A stretch of 62,966 nt of DNA, the filler included, from Thraustochytrium aureum (taxonomy: Eukaryota): NCBI GenBank assembly GCA_012862495.1. It is 5 parts of 3 records of this genome, joined end to end, with 100 filler letters (N's around TTAATTAATTAA, not from the genome) between each part and the next. Parts side by side here need not be neighbours in the genome. Positions count along the whole stretch, not along the records: positions 1 to 23,183 come from BLSG01000326.1; 4 more parts are not named here. One strand, given 5' to 3'. Positions 1 to 12,647 of the stretch are shown here, one piece after another (position 1 is the first letter of the stretch; each line of letters begins with the position of its first letter). Below the pieces are notes generated by a model, which was given only the letters and a program-made list of their open reading frames with translations, ran no database searches and was not told where the DNA came from. Both the position numbers and the translations under genes were made by a program.

Positions 1-1329
1 ACCTTGGAAAATGGCTTTTGCAAGGATTTCTGCTCGAGATCGATCTGGCTCCTGCGCAAGCAAAACAACCTCTTTCCTCGTGCCGTTTTCAGTCAATGAC
101 GGCCTTGCCACGTCCGACATGACAGTCACTGAGTGCCCTCGACCTTGACTTCAATCTTTTTTTGTCCATCCAACAACGCCCGTCCTTTCTTGCTTCGTCC
201 GGATGTCATGCATCGGTGGACACCAGTCATCACCGTCATCAGTCGGACCTGCTGACTGAGGGTCTCTTGTCAGATGTGTCCGTCAGTCCTTGCAATCAGA
301 ACGTTCGGAACGCAACTTCAAGCATCATTGATGTATCTATCGATCGACCTGGTCGGCTCGCATGCAGCCTGAGTTTGTTTCAGTTCAATCAATCATAGCC
401 AGCCAGCCACCTGGGACATCATCATCTTCTATCTATCACATAGTAGAAGCCTACCTACGGTACGTCAGCCTTGCAAGCCATTGCATTGACAAGGCATGCA
501 TGCCTGAAGGCTCAAGGGGCTTGCTTCTTCGATCAGCTAGCTAAGCTTGTGCAGGTCGCTGACGACAGAAACCATGCCATGCCATCCATGCCTGCCATGC
601 CATCCATGTCAAGCAGGCAGTCATGCGCATGCATGGTGTGTTGTTCCCATGATGGTCCTCAACAGCCGCTGCGGTGCGTCCCTGCCTTGCCTGGCGATTC
701 CAAAAGGCAGGCCAATCATCCGTACAGCAACGGGAACGGGACCGTAAAAGCGACTGAAATAAAGACGGGCGGATAACCAGTACGGTGAAGCACGGAACAC
801 TCCATTGCGTCAGAGCAAGCCTTTGTGAGGTTTGCACGATTATTGGCTTCGTGCGCATTTGGTGAGAAAAGACTTGCATGGTGCCAATAATCGTGCAAAC
901 CTTGACCACTTTGCATCACAAATTTACAACCATTGAAAACACCGGCCCACCCTACCAGGCTTGCTGCGAGCTACGTGGTCAACTACGATCACGAATGACA
1001 TCGAGTCACTTAATCCGGCGTTCTTTCGAACGCTCTCGCACCTGCGTTGTCGATCAGTGCCTGTAGCGTAGACGTACAACGAATGGTACAATGCACAGCG
1101 AGCGCTCCTTTTGTTCACTGAAGCGGAAGAAAGCAAGCACATCAAAGATGATCAAACACCGCCAGGCGAGAGACTCGCTCATTCCATGATCCTCGGGCCC
1201 GAGAGACAGACAGACAGGCAAGGCAGCTCTGAGCGCCGCCCAAAGCAGTCTGAACTGAGCGAGTCCATCGAGCTTGGGAGCGGCGCCGCGTGACGCTCGG
1301 CCCGTCTCAGAAAAAGAGCTTGGCGTGCG

Positions 1330-2174
1330 ATGTCGCCGCCCAGCCGCGTGGTCGTGTTTGGCGGGAACGGGTTCGTGGGCTCCAAGGCGATTGAACTTCT
1401 GGCAAACCGCGGCGGGCTCGCCTCGGTTGTGTCGCTCACTCGCACGGGCGGCTCGCCGCCTCACCTTGCCAACACCAAGTGGGCGTGCCGAGTGACGTGG
1501 GCGCGCGGAGACGCTCTGGATCCCGAGAGCTTCAAGGGCCACCTCGGCTGCGACACCGCAGTGATAGTCTGTGTTGGAAGCCCGCCGCTGCCGACGTGGA
1601 GCGACGCGTAAGTTGGAGCAGGGATCCGCGCGTGCAAGGCTGGCTCGAAGCGGTGCATTCTTTGCTGACTCTCGCGAATTGGTGGGGCAGATCCCGCGAC
1701 GCGCAGTTCCGTGCCAACGGCACGACGTGCCGCACCATCATCGAGTCCGCCGCGATGCTCGGCGTCAAGCGGGTTGCACTCGTCAACGCCGCAGTTCCGA
1801 GGTGGGCCGCTGAAGGGTACCGAAAGGGCAAGGAAGATGCAGTGGACGCCGCGCGCGCCTTTGCAAGCGAGGCAGGTCGCGACGCTGTCGTCATCCAACC
1901 AACGGCGATCTTCGGCACCCGTCACACGCCGGGCGGGAGGGGGATCCCGCTGACGCCGTTCATGGCGCCCTTGGCCTTCGTTCTGGCGCAGCTGGACAGC
2001 TTGGGAGTACAGACTGCGCTTTCGCGCGCTGCGCCATTTGTGTTCGAGAACGCACTGCAACCGTTTGTGTCTGTGGATCAAGTGGCGCAGGCGTGCGTTA
2101 ACGGTGCGCTTTCGGACGAATTCGAGGGCAAGGGGCTCAGTTTTGTGCGTTACGACAAGATTCGAGCTCTGTAG
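1330..2174 (+). CDS. NAD(P)-binding Rossmann-fold protein (atypical SDR / NAD-dependent epimerase family); 2 exons, 1330-1607 and 1691-2174
   Basis: N-terminal VVVFGGNGFVG dinucleotide-binding motif, ARGDALDP, and YRKGK (YxxxK). Intron 1608-1690 (GTAAGT...GCTGAC...CAG) joins the two ORFs in frame (..SDA|SRDAQF). Confidence 0.85.
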
Positions 2175-2866
2175 CTACTACCTCCCCCGCCGCAAGCTCC
2201 GGAGGAAAGAAAGCAAACGATCTGTCACCCACCCACCCACCCACCCATTCATCCATCCATCTTGCTTGTNNNNNNNNNNNNNNNNNNNNNNNNNNNNNNN
2301 NNNNNNNNNNNNNNNNNNNNNNNNNNNNNNNNNNNNNNNNNNNNNNNNNNNNNNNNNNNNNNNNNNNNNNNNNNNNNNNNNNNNNNNNNNNNNNNNNNNN
2401 NNNNNNNNNNNNNNNNNNNNNNNNNNNNNNNNNNNNNNNNNNNNNNNNNNNNNNNNNNNNNNNNNNNNNNNNNNNNNNNNNNNNNNNNNNNNNNNNNNNN
2501 NNNNNNNNNNNNNNNNNNNNNNNNNNNNNNNNNNNNNNNNNNNNNNNNNNNNNNNNNNNNNNNNNNNNNNNNNNNNNNNNNNNNNNNNNNNNNNNNNNNN
2601 NNNNNNNNNNNNNNNNNNNNNNNNNNNNNNNNNNNNNNNNNNNNNNNNNNNNNNNNNNNNNNNNNNNNNNNNNNNNNNNNNNNNNNNNNNNNNNNNNNNN
2701 NNNNNNNNNNNNNNNNNNNNNNNNNNNNNNNNNNNNNNNNNNNNNNNNNNNNNNNNNNNNNNNNNNNNNNNNNNNNNNNNNNNNNNNNNNNNNNNNNNNN
2801 NNNNNNNNNNNNNNNNNNNNNNNNNNNNNNNNNNNNNNNNNNNNNNNNNNNNNNNNNNNNNNNNNN

Positions 2867-3067
2867 TGCGAGGAGGGCCATCGCGGCTGCCGTGGCGGCG
2901 TCGCCCTCGCCCTCCACGACACGCGCGACCTTGTCAAAGCATCCGTGAGCGGTGGCGTGCCTGGTGCTGGCTTCGTCGTACCGTTGCGCGTTGAACGAGT
3001 CCTCGGCGGCGAGCGCGAACGTGTGCGCCTTGACGGCGAGCGACGTGTCGATCACCTCTCGCGCCAT
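2867..3067 (-). CDS. N-terminal fragment of an MIT-like domain protein (NRBF2/Atg38-like); 3' part lost in the gap
   Basis: AHTFALAAEDSFNAQRYDEASTRHATAHGCF resembles the AH..A..A......Y.EA...H..A pattern of NRBF2-type MIT helices. ATG at 3067; the ORF runs into the N gap. Confidence 0.45.
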
Positions 3068-3484
3068 CGCTGTGCGCTCCCGTTCGTTGCTGCGAGGCTC
3101 TCCCGCGGCAGACAGGCGCCCGCCTGCCTGTTCCCTCCCGTGCGAGCGCTTCTCGGAGCGCCTGCTCGTAGAGCTACTCAGTAGAGTACTCCTGTAATCC
3201 AGTATCCACGGGTAGGTATGCGACCAACTTGGAGCACTTACCTAGCGAGTACGAAATTGCAGTCGCTCGGCCCTCCGAGGATCCTCGCGCAACTGCAAAG
3301 ATACATGGGTAGGCCTACTGATTCCACCCGCCTCCGCGTCCCAGAGGCAGACAGAAGAGAACGCCCCCCGAAAAGGAGCCCGGCAGACCACAATCGAGCG
3401 GAGCGCTACGTACTCGAGTACTGACGCGCAGAGATAGGAGCAGCCAAGCAAGCAAGGCAAGGAGACCGTCCCGGGCCGGCGACG

Positions 3485-6400
3485 ATGGCGTGGGCCAGAC
3501 GCTGTGCGGCAGGCCTGGTTGCGCTGGCCGTCGCTGCCCAAGCGCACCGGTTCAGCCCCCCCGAAGACTGGCAATATGACGTGAGCAACACCGTGGCCCA
3601 AGGCAAACTGAACGTGCACATCACGCCCCACACGCACGACGACACCGGCTGGCTGCTGACCGTCGACCAGTACTACTACACGCAAGTGCGGTACATCCTG
3701 GACACGGTCACAGACGCTCTGGCGAAAAACCCCAAGCGCAAGTTCAACTATGTGGAAATGGCATTCTTCTCGCGCTGGTGGGACGAGCAGTCCGCGAGCA
3801 CCAAAGCGCTCGTCCGCCGCCTCGTGCACAACAAGCAGCTCGAATTCCTCAACGGCGGCTGGTGCATGCACGACGAGGCGGGCCCGCTCTTCAACGAAAT
3901 GGTAGACCGTAAGTTGGCCTGCCCCGGCGCCCCCCACACGCCCGTCACACGAGAGCGCGCAGGCGTTGGCTGACCCAGGCCGCAGAGACCACGAGGGGCC
4001 ACCAGTTCATCCTCAACGAGTTTGGCCCCGACGCAGCGCCCCGCGCGACGTGGCAGATCGACCCGTTTGGACACACAAACACCCAAGCCTGGCTCCTGTC
4101 GGCGGAGGCTGGNNNNNNNNNNNNNNNNNNNNNNNNNNNNNNNNNNNNNNNNNNNNNNNNNNNNNNNNNNNNNNNNNGACGACCGCGACTGCGCGCCGCA
4201 AGTCGCAAAATCTAGAGTACGATTTGGCGCGGCAGCGCCTCGCTCGGCGCCGAGGCCGAGACGTTCGGCTCGGTGCTCTGGGGCGACTCGGGGACTGGAC
4301 TCTACAGTACGTTTTTGTTGGCGTGGCTTTGGTGCAGCCGCCCAGGTTGGCCAAGGCTGCCCCTGTGCTTGCTTGCCCCTGCGTCATTGCGGCGCTGACC
4401 CGGCCGCTCAGGCTGCCCGCTGGACTTTGAGACGTACGACAAGATGGGCCTCCAAGACAACCCGAACCGGCACGACTACAACGTGGAGGAGTGGGTCGAA
4501 AAGGTGGTTAGCAAGGCTCTTGCGCAGGCGGCCGAGTACAAGACCAACAACATCCTGTGGGTCTGCGGGTTTGACTTTTCGCACAAGAACGCCGACACGT
4601 GGTTCCACAACATCGACGTCTTGATGCACTACGTCAACCAAGACGGGCGCGTCAACCTCCTGTACAGCTCGCCCGCCAACTACGTTGACGCCAAGAACCG
4701 CGACCCGGCGGCCACCTGGGAGGTCCGCACCGACGACCTTATGCCGCTGCACGAGTTCCCGCACGTCTATTGGACGGGGTACTTTGCCAGTCGAGTTGCT
4801 TTCAAGCGCCTCATCCGCCACTCGTACTCCACCCTGGCCGCGGCGCGCCAGCTCCACGCGCTTACCAAAGACGCCCACACCGTCGACCGCGCCCGAAGGA
4901 CCGCACGGGCCCCGCGTGGGCACCTCGTGGACAGACGCCTTCGAGGGCGCGCTCGCAGTTGCCATGCACCACGACGGCGTCTCCGGGACGGCCAAGCAAA
5001 ACGTCAACAACGACTACGCTCAGCGCATCTCGGAGGGTCTGGCCGAGGCAGAGCAAGGCATGGCCGCAAGCATCGACCAGCTTTTGGGCCGCGGCGACGG
5101 CGCCGAGGCGAAGTGGACGATTTGCCGCGGCCTCAACATGTCGGTTTGCCGCACGTCCACCTCGGAAGACAGCTTTTCGGTCCTTGCCTGGAACCCGAGG
5201 GCGCAAGCGCACGCCAACTTTACCTTTCGCATCCCCGTCGTCGTTTCAGCTGCCGAGCTTGCTGCCGAGCTTGCCGGCTCCAGCCCCTTCACTGTACAAG
5301 GCGTCGCGCTACGCAACGGGGAGGGCGGGGAGATCTCGACACAGCTCGTCAAGCTCGACCATCGGACGCTCGCCTTGCCGGAGCTCTACCTCAACTGGCA
5401 CGGCATGAGCTCAGCGGACCGCACCGCAGAGCTCCAAAAGCTGCGCAACCCGGCGACCCACCAGCTCGTCTTTCAGGCCGACTTGCCCCCTGTGGGGCTT
5501 GCCTCCTTTGCGGTCCAGCGCAAGGCAAAGCTCACCGCCGCCGCAGCGACGGGCGAGGCCAATGGCCAAAGCGCCCATGCAAATGTCTCGCCGCCGCTCG
5601 GCGAAGACCGTCACTTTGAGAACGGTGTGTACAGGGTGACGCTAGACGGCGCCACCAGCGCAGTCAAGGCCATCACAAACCTGGAGACGGGCATTTCGTG
5701 CGCCCTCGAGATCACCTGGGGCTGGTACGAGTCGTCGCCTGGGGGCTGCAGCGACTTTGGGTGCCAAGAGACGCCCTCAGGCGCGTACATCTTCCGGCCG
5801 CAAAACTCTGCCTTCAACTTTCCGGGGGCTCGCCAGGCTCTGACCACGGAAATCGTTAAAGGTCCGATCACCACAGAGATTCGTCAGACCGTCTCGCCCT
5901 GGGTATCGCACGTAATTCGGCTCGATCGCGGCACACGGTCTGTCCAACTCGAGTACACGGTGGGCCCAATCCCGACGCACAACGAGTGGATGGCCGATTC
6001 AAACAAGTCCCACACCATGCTCGGCAAGGAGGTTGCGGTGCGATACAGTACTTGCTTGACTGGCTCGAACGGGACGTTCTTCACCGACTCGAACGGGCTG
6101 GAGATGCTGCGGCGCCAGCGCAACGAGCGACCCCGTTCGTACCCGCAAACGTACAGCTGGAGGGACGAGCCCATCTCGAGCAATTTCTACCCGGTCAACT
6201 CGATCTTGTCGCTCGAAGAGAGTGGAACGCAGTTTACCGTAGTAACCGACTCGACCCAAGGCGGCACTTCGCTGCACGATGGCGAGCTCGAGCTAATGGT
6301 GCATCGGCGCGTGTTCCATGATGACCTCAAGGGCGTCGTCGAGCCGCTGAACGAGACCATGTGCGGTTGCAACGGCAAGGACGACGCCACATGTGGTTGC

Positions 6401-6979
6401 CACGGCCTCGCTGTGCGCGGGGTACATCACCTGTTGTTCGACTCGCACGAGCACCGCCAGGTGAGCGCCAACCAGCAGTTTGGGCCCACGATCATGTTTG
6501 AGCCTGGGCCCAGTGCGGGCTCGGGGGGCGCTGCCCGCTGGTCGGCGCTTGAGGAGGCTTTGCCGGCCAACATCCACCTGCTGACTTTCTCCGCCAATTA
6601 CGCTGCCAGTCACAACGGCGACGTGCTAGTCCGCCTCCCAGCACATGTATGGCGCGGACGAGCACCCGACGCTGTCACGCCCAGTCACCGTCTCGCTGCC
6701 AGGGCTATTCGAGAAGGCTGGCCTTGGGCGTTTGCTGGGGCGGCGGAGACCACGCTGACCGCCAACAACCCTGTTGAGAACAAGTTTGCCTACAAGTGGC
6801 GATACGCAGCGGGGACGCCAGAGTGGGCGAGCGCTGAGGAGCGTGTGCCGTACTGTGCTGCCATGGGGACCGTCACGCTGCGGCCCATGGAGATCCGCAC
6901 GTTCCTCGTGTCGTTCAGCGCTGCTGACGAGCCGCGCGAGGTGGGCATGCTGCGGCCGGCCGAGCTCCTAGAGATGTAG
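3485..6979 (+). CDS. Lysosomal/vacuolar alpha-mannosidase, glycoside hydrolase family 38, with signal peptide
   Basis: Motifs HTHDDTGWLLTVDQYY, GGWCMHDEA, WQIDPFGH, YWTGYFASR, HHDGVSGT, SGAYIFRP, FFTDSNG and ELMVHRR. Introns 3909-3985 and 4307-4411. Small gap 4113-4177 and apparent 1-nt frameshifts near 4190-4222, 4868 and 6636-6727. Confidence 0.93.
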
Positions 6980-7029
6980 CTAGCGACGAAAAGAATGCGC
7001 ATTTATTTCGGATCAGGAAACGGGGCAGC

Positions 7030-7914
7030 TCAGGCGAACACTGGCTCGCGCCAAATCCGCACAAGCAGTGCGCCCGCCGCTGGCGTCATCACAGCGCCTG
7101 CCACGGCTGCCCGAGGCAAGCTTGGCGGGCTCTCAGCGCGCACAGAAGCGTCTCCAAGCGCCACCGCGAAGCTGAGGCCAGAAAAGCCCACAACCGCCCA
7201 GTCGCGGACGCAGAGCAACGCTATCGCGAGTTCGACACCTACGAGAATGACGAGCAGAGCGCGTGTGCCGCGCGGTCCTAGACTGACTGCAGTTGTGCGC
7301 CTGCCTGCGCGTGTGTCGCAGTCAATGTCAAAGAGCTGTCCCCACAGCTGGGACCGGAGGACCATGGCCGAGTGGAAGAGCACGGTGTTGGCGGAAGGCG
7401 AGTGGTTGCCTACGAGGCGCGACGCCAACAGAATGACGAGCACGTACCCGAGAGGCCCCACAAAGTCGAGTGGGGGCGGGCCCGCGCGCCAGCCTGGCCA
7501 CGAGTTGTAGGCCGCATTGCAAGCGCAAGAAACGGCAAACCACCCGCAAAGCCAGCTCGCACTTGTGAAAGGTGACAGTGCGGCCAGCCCGGCCAAGCAC
7601 GCCACGTTGAGCGCGAGCGCGACGCAAAAGGTTCGGCGAAGGGAGTGCTCGGCGACCGCCTTGACGCCTAGAAGGTACGGGCCTTTGCGTTCGTTGAGCA
7701 GGTCAAGCGCCCCGTCGCCCAGGTCGTTCCAGCTGTAGAGCAAGAGGTTGAGCGGAAACGTCACGTACGCAAGGCCTGCAAGCAGCAGCGCGGGCTCGTC
7801 TCGGAGCAGGGCTTGGCCGCGCCCCGCAAGGCCCGCCACAAAGCACCAGATGGTGACGAGCCAGAAGCCTGGGCGGCTGACCTGCAGCGCAAGCGCAAGG
7901 CCCCGCAGCGGCAT
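7030..7914 (-). CDS. UbiA-family integral membrane prenyltransferase of bacterial/archaeal type (CrtEb/LyeJ-like signature)
   Basis: VSRPGFW N-terminus, FPLNLLLYSWNDLGDGALDLLNERKG (NDxxDxxxD), second motif DIDCD..AGRRTTAVSLG, multiple hydrophobic helices. Intronless; start set at MPLRGL (ATG 7914). Confidence 0.8.
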   Translation of the reverse strand: MPLRGLALALQVSRPGFWLVTIWCFVAGLAGRGQALLRDEPALLLAGLAYVTFPLNLLLYSWNDLGDGALDLLNERKGPYLLGVKAVAEHSLRRTFCVALALNVACLAGLAALSPFTSASWLCGWFAVSCACNAAYNSWPGWRAGPPPLDFVGPLGYVLVILLASRLVGNHSPSANTVLFHSAMVLRSQLWGQLFDIDCDTRAGRRTTAVSLGPRGTRALLVILVGVELAIALLCVRDWAVVGFSGLSFAVALGDASVRAESPPSLPRAAVAGAVMTPAAGALLVRIWREPVFA

Positions 7915-8122
7915 GGTCGCGGTGGGCGTTGTTGGGTCGCCTCCGTTCCGAATGGAACAATTTGATTGATTTTCGAATGGAACAATGGAAGGGGCCCGCT
8001 TTGCAACAGCGTTGGTTACAGCGACGACGCAGCGTTGGTTGGTGGAGAGCGCGTAGACCGTCAAGAGCTCCGAGGCAGGCACTCCGGCAGGCAAACAGGC
8101 TCTCAGGCAGGCAAACGGGGAC

Positions 8123-8182
<60 letters not shown>

Positions 8183-8183
8183 C
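8123..8183. repeat. (GGCA)n microsatellite at a gap edge
   Basis: About 15 perfect CAGG/GGCA units directly before the N gap. Confidence 0.95.
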
Positions 8184-8330
8184 GNNNNNNNNNNNNNNNN
8201 NNNNNNNNNNNNNNNNNNNNNNNNNNNNNNNNNNNNNNNNNNNNNNNNNNNNNNNNNNNNNNNNNNNNNNNNNNNNNNNNNNNNNNNNNNNNNNNNNNNN
8301 NNNNNNNNNNNNNNNNNNNNNNNNNNNNNN

Positions 8331-10267
8331 AGATGCTCGGTCAAGTGGTCACGCAAGGCGCCGACGGGGCCTCCCGCCGAGCGGAGAGCGAGGCAGCAGA
8401 GTCGGGGTCAGAGTGGTCGGACGAAGAAGGCGAGGAAGCAAAGCGCGACGGAGCAGTGCCGCGCGACAAGGCCGAGGTGCAAGACGACCTCGCCGTGCTC
8501 CACGTGCTGCGGAGGTGCTTTACGCTGCTGCTGGAGCGCGGCGACCTGAAGGAGGCGAACAAGGGCGAAGACGCGGGCAAGGCGCTCACAACGTACACTT
8601 CGTGGCTGGAGCGCAAGTACGTCGAGTTCCTCAAAGCGACGGCCGGTTTGCTCGACTCGACGCTGCCGACCTTTCAGGTTGCCGCGCTGCGCACGCTCAT
8701 GCACTTTGTGCAGCATGACAGCAAGCGCAGGGAGGTCGGTTCGGCGTGGGGTGGCCCTGCGTTTCGTGTTCTGGTCTCTGGTGTGGTGACCGGCGCCAGC
8801 GCTGGGCACCTGAACGGACAAGTTTTGCGCGTGCTGGGCGAGGAGTTCCTCGACTCGTACGCAGACGTGGCCATGTACGCGTTGCTCGAGGTTGAGTTTT
8901 GCTGCCTCAAGTTGAGCGAGCTCGACGCCGCAAATCAGGCTGTCAAGCAGCGAAAGCGGCCTCGCCGCGCGCGGCCAGCCGCGGCCGCCGCGCTGTCGGA
9001 CGAGGCCGCAGACGGCGTTGCTGCCATGGTCGACGAGTGGGCCGTAGAGCGGCTCAGCAAGTGCGACGGGGGACCTGGGTGCGGCACAAACCTGCTCAAC
9101 CTGCTGTACGCCAGCCCGTGCGAAACCTCCAAAGAGCGCCTCAAGGATAACCAAGCCTGGTGGGTCGACCCAGGCAACCAGGAAGAGGGAAAGTCCGTGC
9201 GGTCGCCCAAGGCGCACAAGCGCGCCTTTCAAGACGCATGGCTTGCCTTTATGGGGACGCCGGGCCTGGCCAAGCGCACTTATAGGACGATATTGCTGGC
9301 TCTGCCGAAGCGCGTGATCCCAAACCTCACCAATCCGCTGCTGTTGAGCGACTTTTTGTCTGATGCTTATGCTGTGGGCGGCGTCACCTCTGTGATGGCG
9401 CTGAGCTCGCTGTTCATGCTTATCACCGAGCACGGCCTGGACTGCCCTGACTTTTACGGCAAGCTGTACTCGCTGCTGAGCCTGGAGGCCTTCCACGCCA
9501 AGCACCGCGCGCAATTCTTCGAGCTGCTGGACAAGGTCCTCTCGTCGGCGCACTTGGCGACGTACCTGGTGGCCGCCTTTGCCAAGCGGATCTCGCGCAT
9601 CGCGCTGCTGTCCCCGCCGGGGGCGGCCATGTACGCTGTTGTGCTGGTGAGTAATTTGCTGAAAAAGCACCCCACCTGTCTCTCGCTCGTTCACAAGCGG
9701 ACTGCGCTGGAGATCAAGGCCGAGAAAAGCGCCCCCCGCCCGGAGGCCGAGCCGGTTCCCGAGTCAGAGGACATCAACGCCAGCAAACGTTCCAAACTCG
9801 ATGCGATCAAAAGTGCCTCGCTGGCGCTCGCTCTGGGGGGCAAGCGCAAGCGCGACGCCGACCAGGTTGCCGACGCCAACTCCGGCGTGGCTGCCGGCGA
9901 GGCAGTTGCGGCTGCGGCTGTTGTGGTGGACGACCCGTTTCGGATGGAGGAGGACGACCCGGCAAAAGCTGCCGCGGTGGACTCGTGCTTGTGGGAGATC
10001 GAGGCGCTGACCAGCCACTATAGTCCGAACGTGTCGCTTTTGGTGCGAAGCCTGTTTCACCACGAGCTCAAGCAGACGCTGGAGACGAAAAAGGTGCAGC
10101 CGCCGGCGCCGGTGGGCGAGTTCCTGGCTGTCACGTACCGGTCGCTATTTGACAAGGAGGTTAAGCGCGGCCGCAAGAAGGCCAAGGGCGGCAAGGCGGT
10201 GCCGCTTCCTTTTCAAACCCCTTTGCAAGCGAGGGGCTCGCTTTGCGCGGCTTTGCCATGTGAGTAG
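8331..10267 (+). CDS. NOC4: Nucleolar complex protein 4 (CBF/Mak21 family), 5'-partial
   Basis: P.LLSDFLSDAY..GG..SVMALSSLF.LI..HGLDCPDFYGKLY, HLATYLVAAFAKRISR and A..SCLWEIEAL..HY.PNVS are typical of Noc4/UTP19. Confidence 0.9.
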
Positions 10268-11022
10268 GGAATGCCCAACGCAATTTGTCGATGATTTGTC
10301 CACCACCTGNNNNNNNNNNNNNNNNNNNNNNNNNNNNNNNNNNNNNNNNNNNNNNNNNNNNNNNNNNNNNNNNNNNNNNNNNNNNNNNNNNNNNNNNNNN
10401 NNNNNNNNNNNNNNNNNNNNNNNNNNNNNNNNNNNNNNNNNNNNNNNNNNNNNNNNNNNNNNNNNNNNNNNNNNNNNNNNNNNNNNNNNNNNNNNNNNNN
10501 NNNNNNNNNNNNNNNNNNNNNNNNNNNNNNNNNNNNNNNNNNNNNNNNNNNNNNNNNNNNNNNNNNNNNNNNNNNNNNNNNNNNNNNNNNNNNNNNNNNN
10601 NNNNNNNNNNNNNNNNNNNNNNNNNNNNNNNNNNNNNNNNNNNNNNNNNNNNNNNNNNNNNNNNNNNNNNNNNNNNNNNNNNNNNNNNNNNNNNNNNNNN
10701 NNNNNNNNNNNNNNNNNNNNNNNNNNNNNNNNNNNNNNNNNNNNNNNNNNNNNNNNNCCTTATGCAATTCCATGAACGAGGAGCTGTTCGGCGTCGGCTC
10801 GATCGACCAACGCCACGTGCATGGTGCGCAGTGCAGCCAGCCACCGCACGTTCCAAACGCAGGGCAGGCAGACTCGCAGCGAGGACCAACAGTTGGTGTT
10901 GATAGACAGAGCTACACGCAGCAAGGTAAGGGCTGGGGGCTGGGGCTGGGGACCGCCCGCGCAGGCTCCGCGCCACTGACACGACAACGGTTTGTTTACG
11001 CAGCACAACGCAGCCAGGCACG

Positions 11023-11856
11023 ATGGCCACCGCCCCACCCACCCGCAACACCAAAATTCTCGCGCTCTTTGATGTGGACGGCACCCTCACGGTGGCCCGC
11101 AAGGTAAGTGATAGCCGCGCCGCGAAGCGCCCGCCCTCAAGGCGCTAACCGCAAGAGAGAGGCCTGCAGGAAATCACGCCCGAGATGGACGCGTTCATGC
11201 GCAAGCTCAAGGAGAGGATCGTCGTCGGCGTCGTGGGCGGCTCGGACCTCGTCAAGCAACGCGAGCAGGTCGGCCAGGACGTGACCGACGTTTACGACTA
11301 CAGCTTTTCCGAGAACGGCCTCGTGGCCTACAAGGGCGGCGAGCTTTTCCACACGCAGTCGTTCACCCAGTACCTGGGCGAGGACAAGCTGAAAGAGTTT
11401 CTCAACTTTGTGCTCAAGTACCTGTCCGAGGTGGACTGCCCCGTCAAGCGCGGCACCTTTATCGAGTACCGCCAGGGCATGCTCAACATCTCGCCGATCG
11501 GGCGCGCCTGCTCGCGCGAGGAGCGCGACGACTTTGAAAAGTTTGACCTCGAGGCGGGGGTGCGCAAGAAGATGGTCGAGGTTTTGGACAAGGAGTTTGG
11601 CGAGCGGTTCAACCTCAAGTTTTCCATTGGTGGACAGATCTCGTTCGACGTCTTCCCCAAGGGCTGGGACAAGACGTACTGCCTCCAGTTTGTGGAGAAC
11701 GAGGGCTTTGAGGAGATTCACTTTTTTGGCGACAAGACGCACGAGGGCGGCAACGACTATGAGATCTTCAACGACCCGCGCACGATCGGGCATACCGTCG
11801 AGAAGTTTGAGGACACGATGCGGATTTGCACCGAGCTCTTCATGTCGGACGCGTGA
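11023..11856 (+). CDS. PMM: Phosphomannomutase (HAD-IIB family); exons 11023-11103 and 11170-11856
   Basis: [67 protein letters not shown]. Intron 11104-11169 (GTAAGT...GCTAAC...CAG). Probable extra 5'-UTR intron at 10926-11003. Confidence 0.97.
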
Positions 11857-12647
11857 GGCGCTCAAGATCGAGCTGAGCCCGCCAGATGTCTCGACTCTCG
11901 CGCTTGGGCGAGGGGCACCATCTTCGCTTAGCCATAGGCCTATCATCCCGATCAAGAGCTTCTTTGTCTGTCTCCGCGTTGTTTTTCGGAGTACTCTACC
12001 TAAGGGAGTAGTGGGTTTTTCCCCGTTGTCCGTGTTTTCCACCTGCAGCACCAGCTTAGTTTTGCCGCCCCTCGGGAAGTTGCTTGTGGCACTCTCCGCA
12101 CGGGGGCGTTCTTGGCCCGCTGACGGGCCAGCGGCGCTTCTGTTGGCATGGGCGCGGCCGGAACAGCGGAGCAGGAGTCAGCCCAGCTACACATACAGCG
12201 CAAGAATCCAGCAGCACAAGCAGCAGTTCAGAAGGAGCCCCGGCGCAGCGCAGCAGAGACGCTTTCGAGGAGTGCGCCGCCTGCGTCCTCAGCAGCTCGG
12301 TACGCCAAGCGCAAGCGCGGACCGACCGCAGCCGCCGCCCGAGACCGAGAGGGCAGACCCGCTCGCGAGGAAGAGTAGGTAGAGTAGTGCACTCCCCGTC
12401 CGGCCAGCGCGCGTACGGTACACGCAGCCAGCGCGCCCCGCCCGAGAGCCCCGCGCCCGCCGAGCCCCCGAGCGCCGCAGAGCTCGTAGCCAAGCGCGCG
12501 AGCGCCCGCCGCCGAGTCGCCCGAGCGCGCACGNNNNNNNNNNNNNNNNNNNNNNNNNNNNNNNNNNNNNNNNNNNNNNNNNNNNNNNNNNNNNNNNNNN
12601 NNNNNNNNNNNNNNNNNNNNNNNNNNNNNNNNNNNNNNNNNNNNNNN

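Noticed and set aside
4178..6730. Programmed frameshifting or pseudogenisation of the alpha-mannosidase (also TRAPPC10, the kinase N-terminus, WD40 and SAE1 edges)
   Set aside because: The shifts are single extra bases, mostly in short homopolymers or near gap edges, with conserved motifs intact on both sides. Sequencing or consensus error is the simpler explanation; raw reads would settle it.
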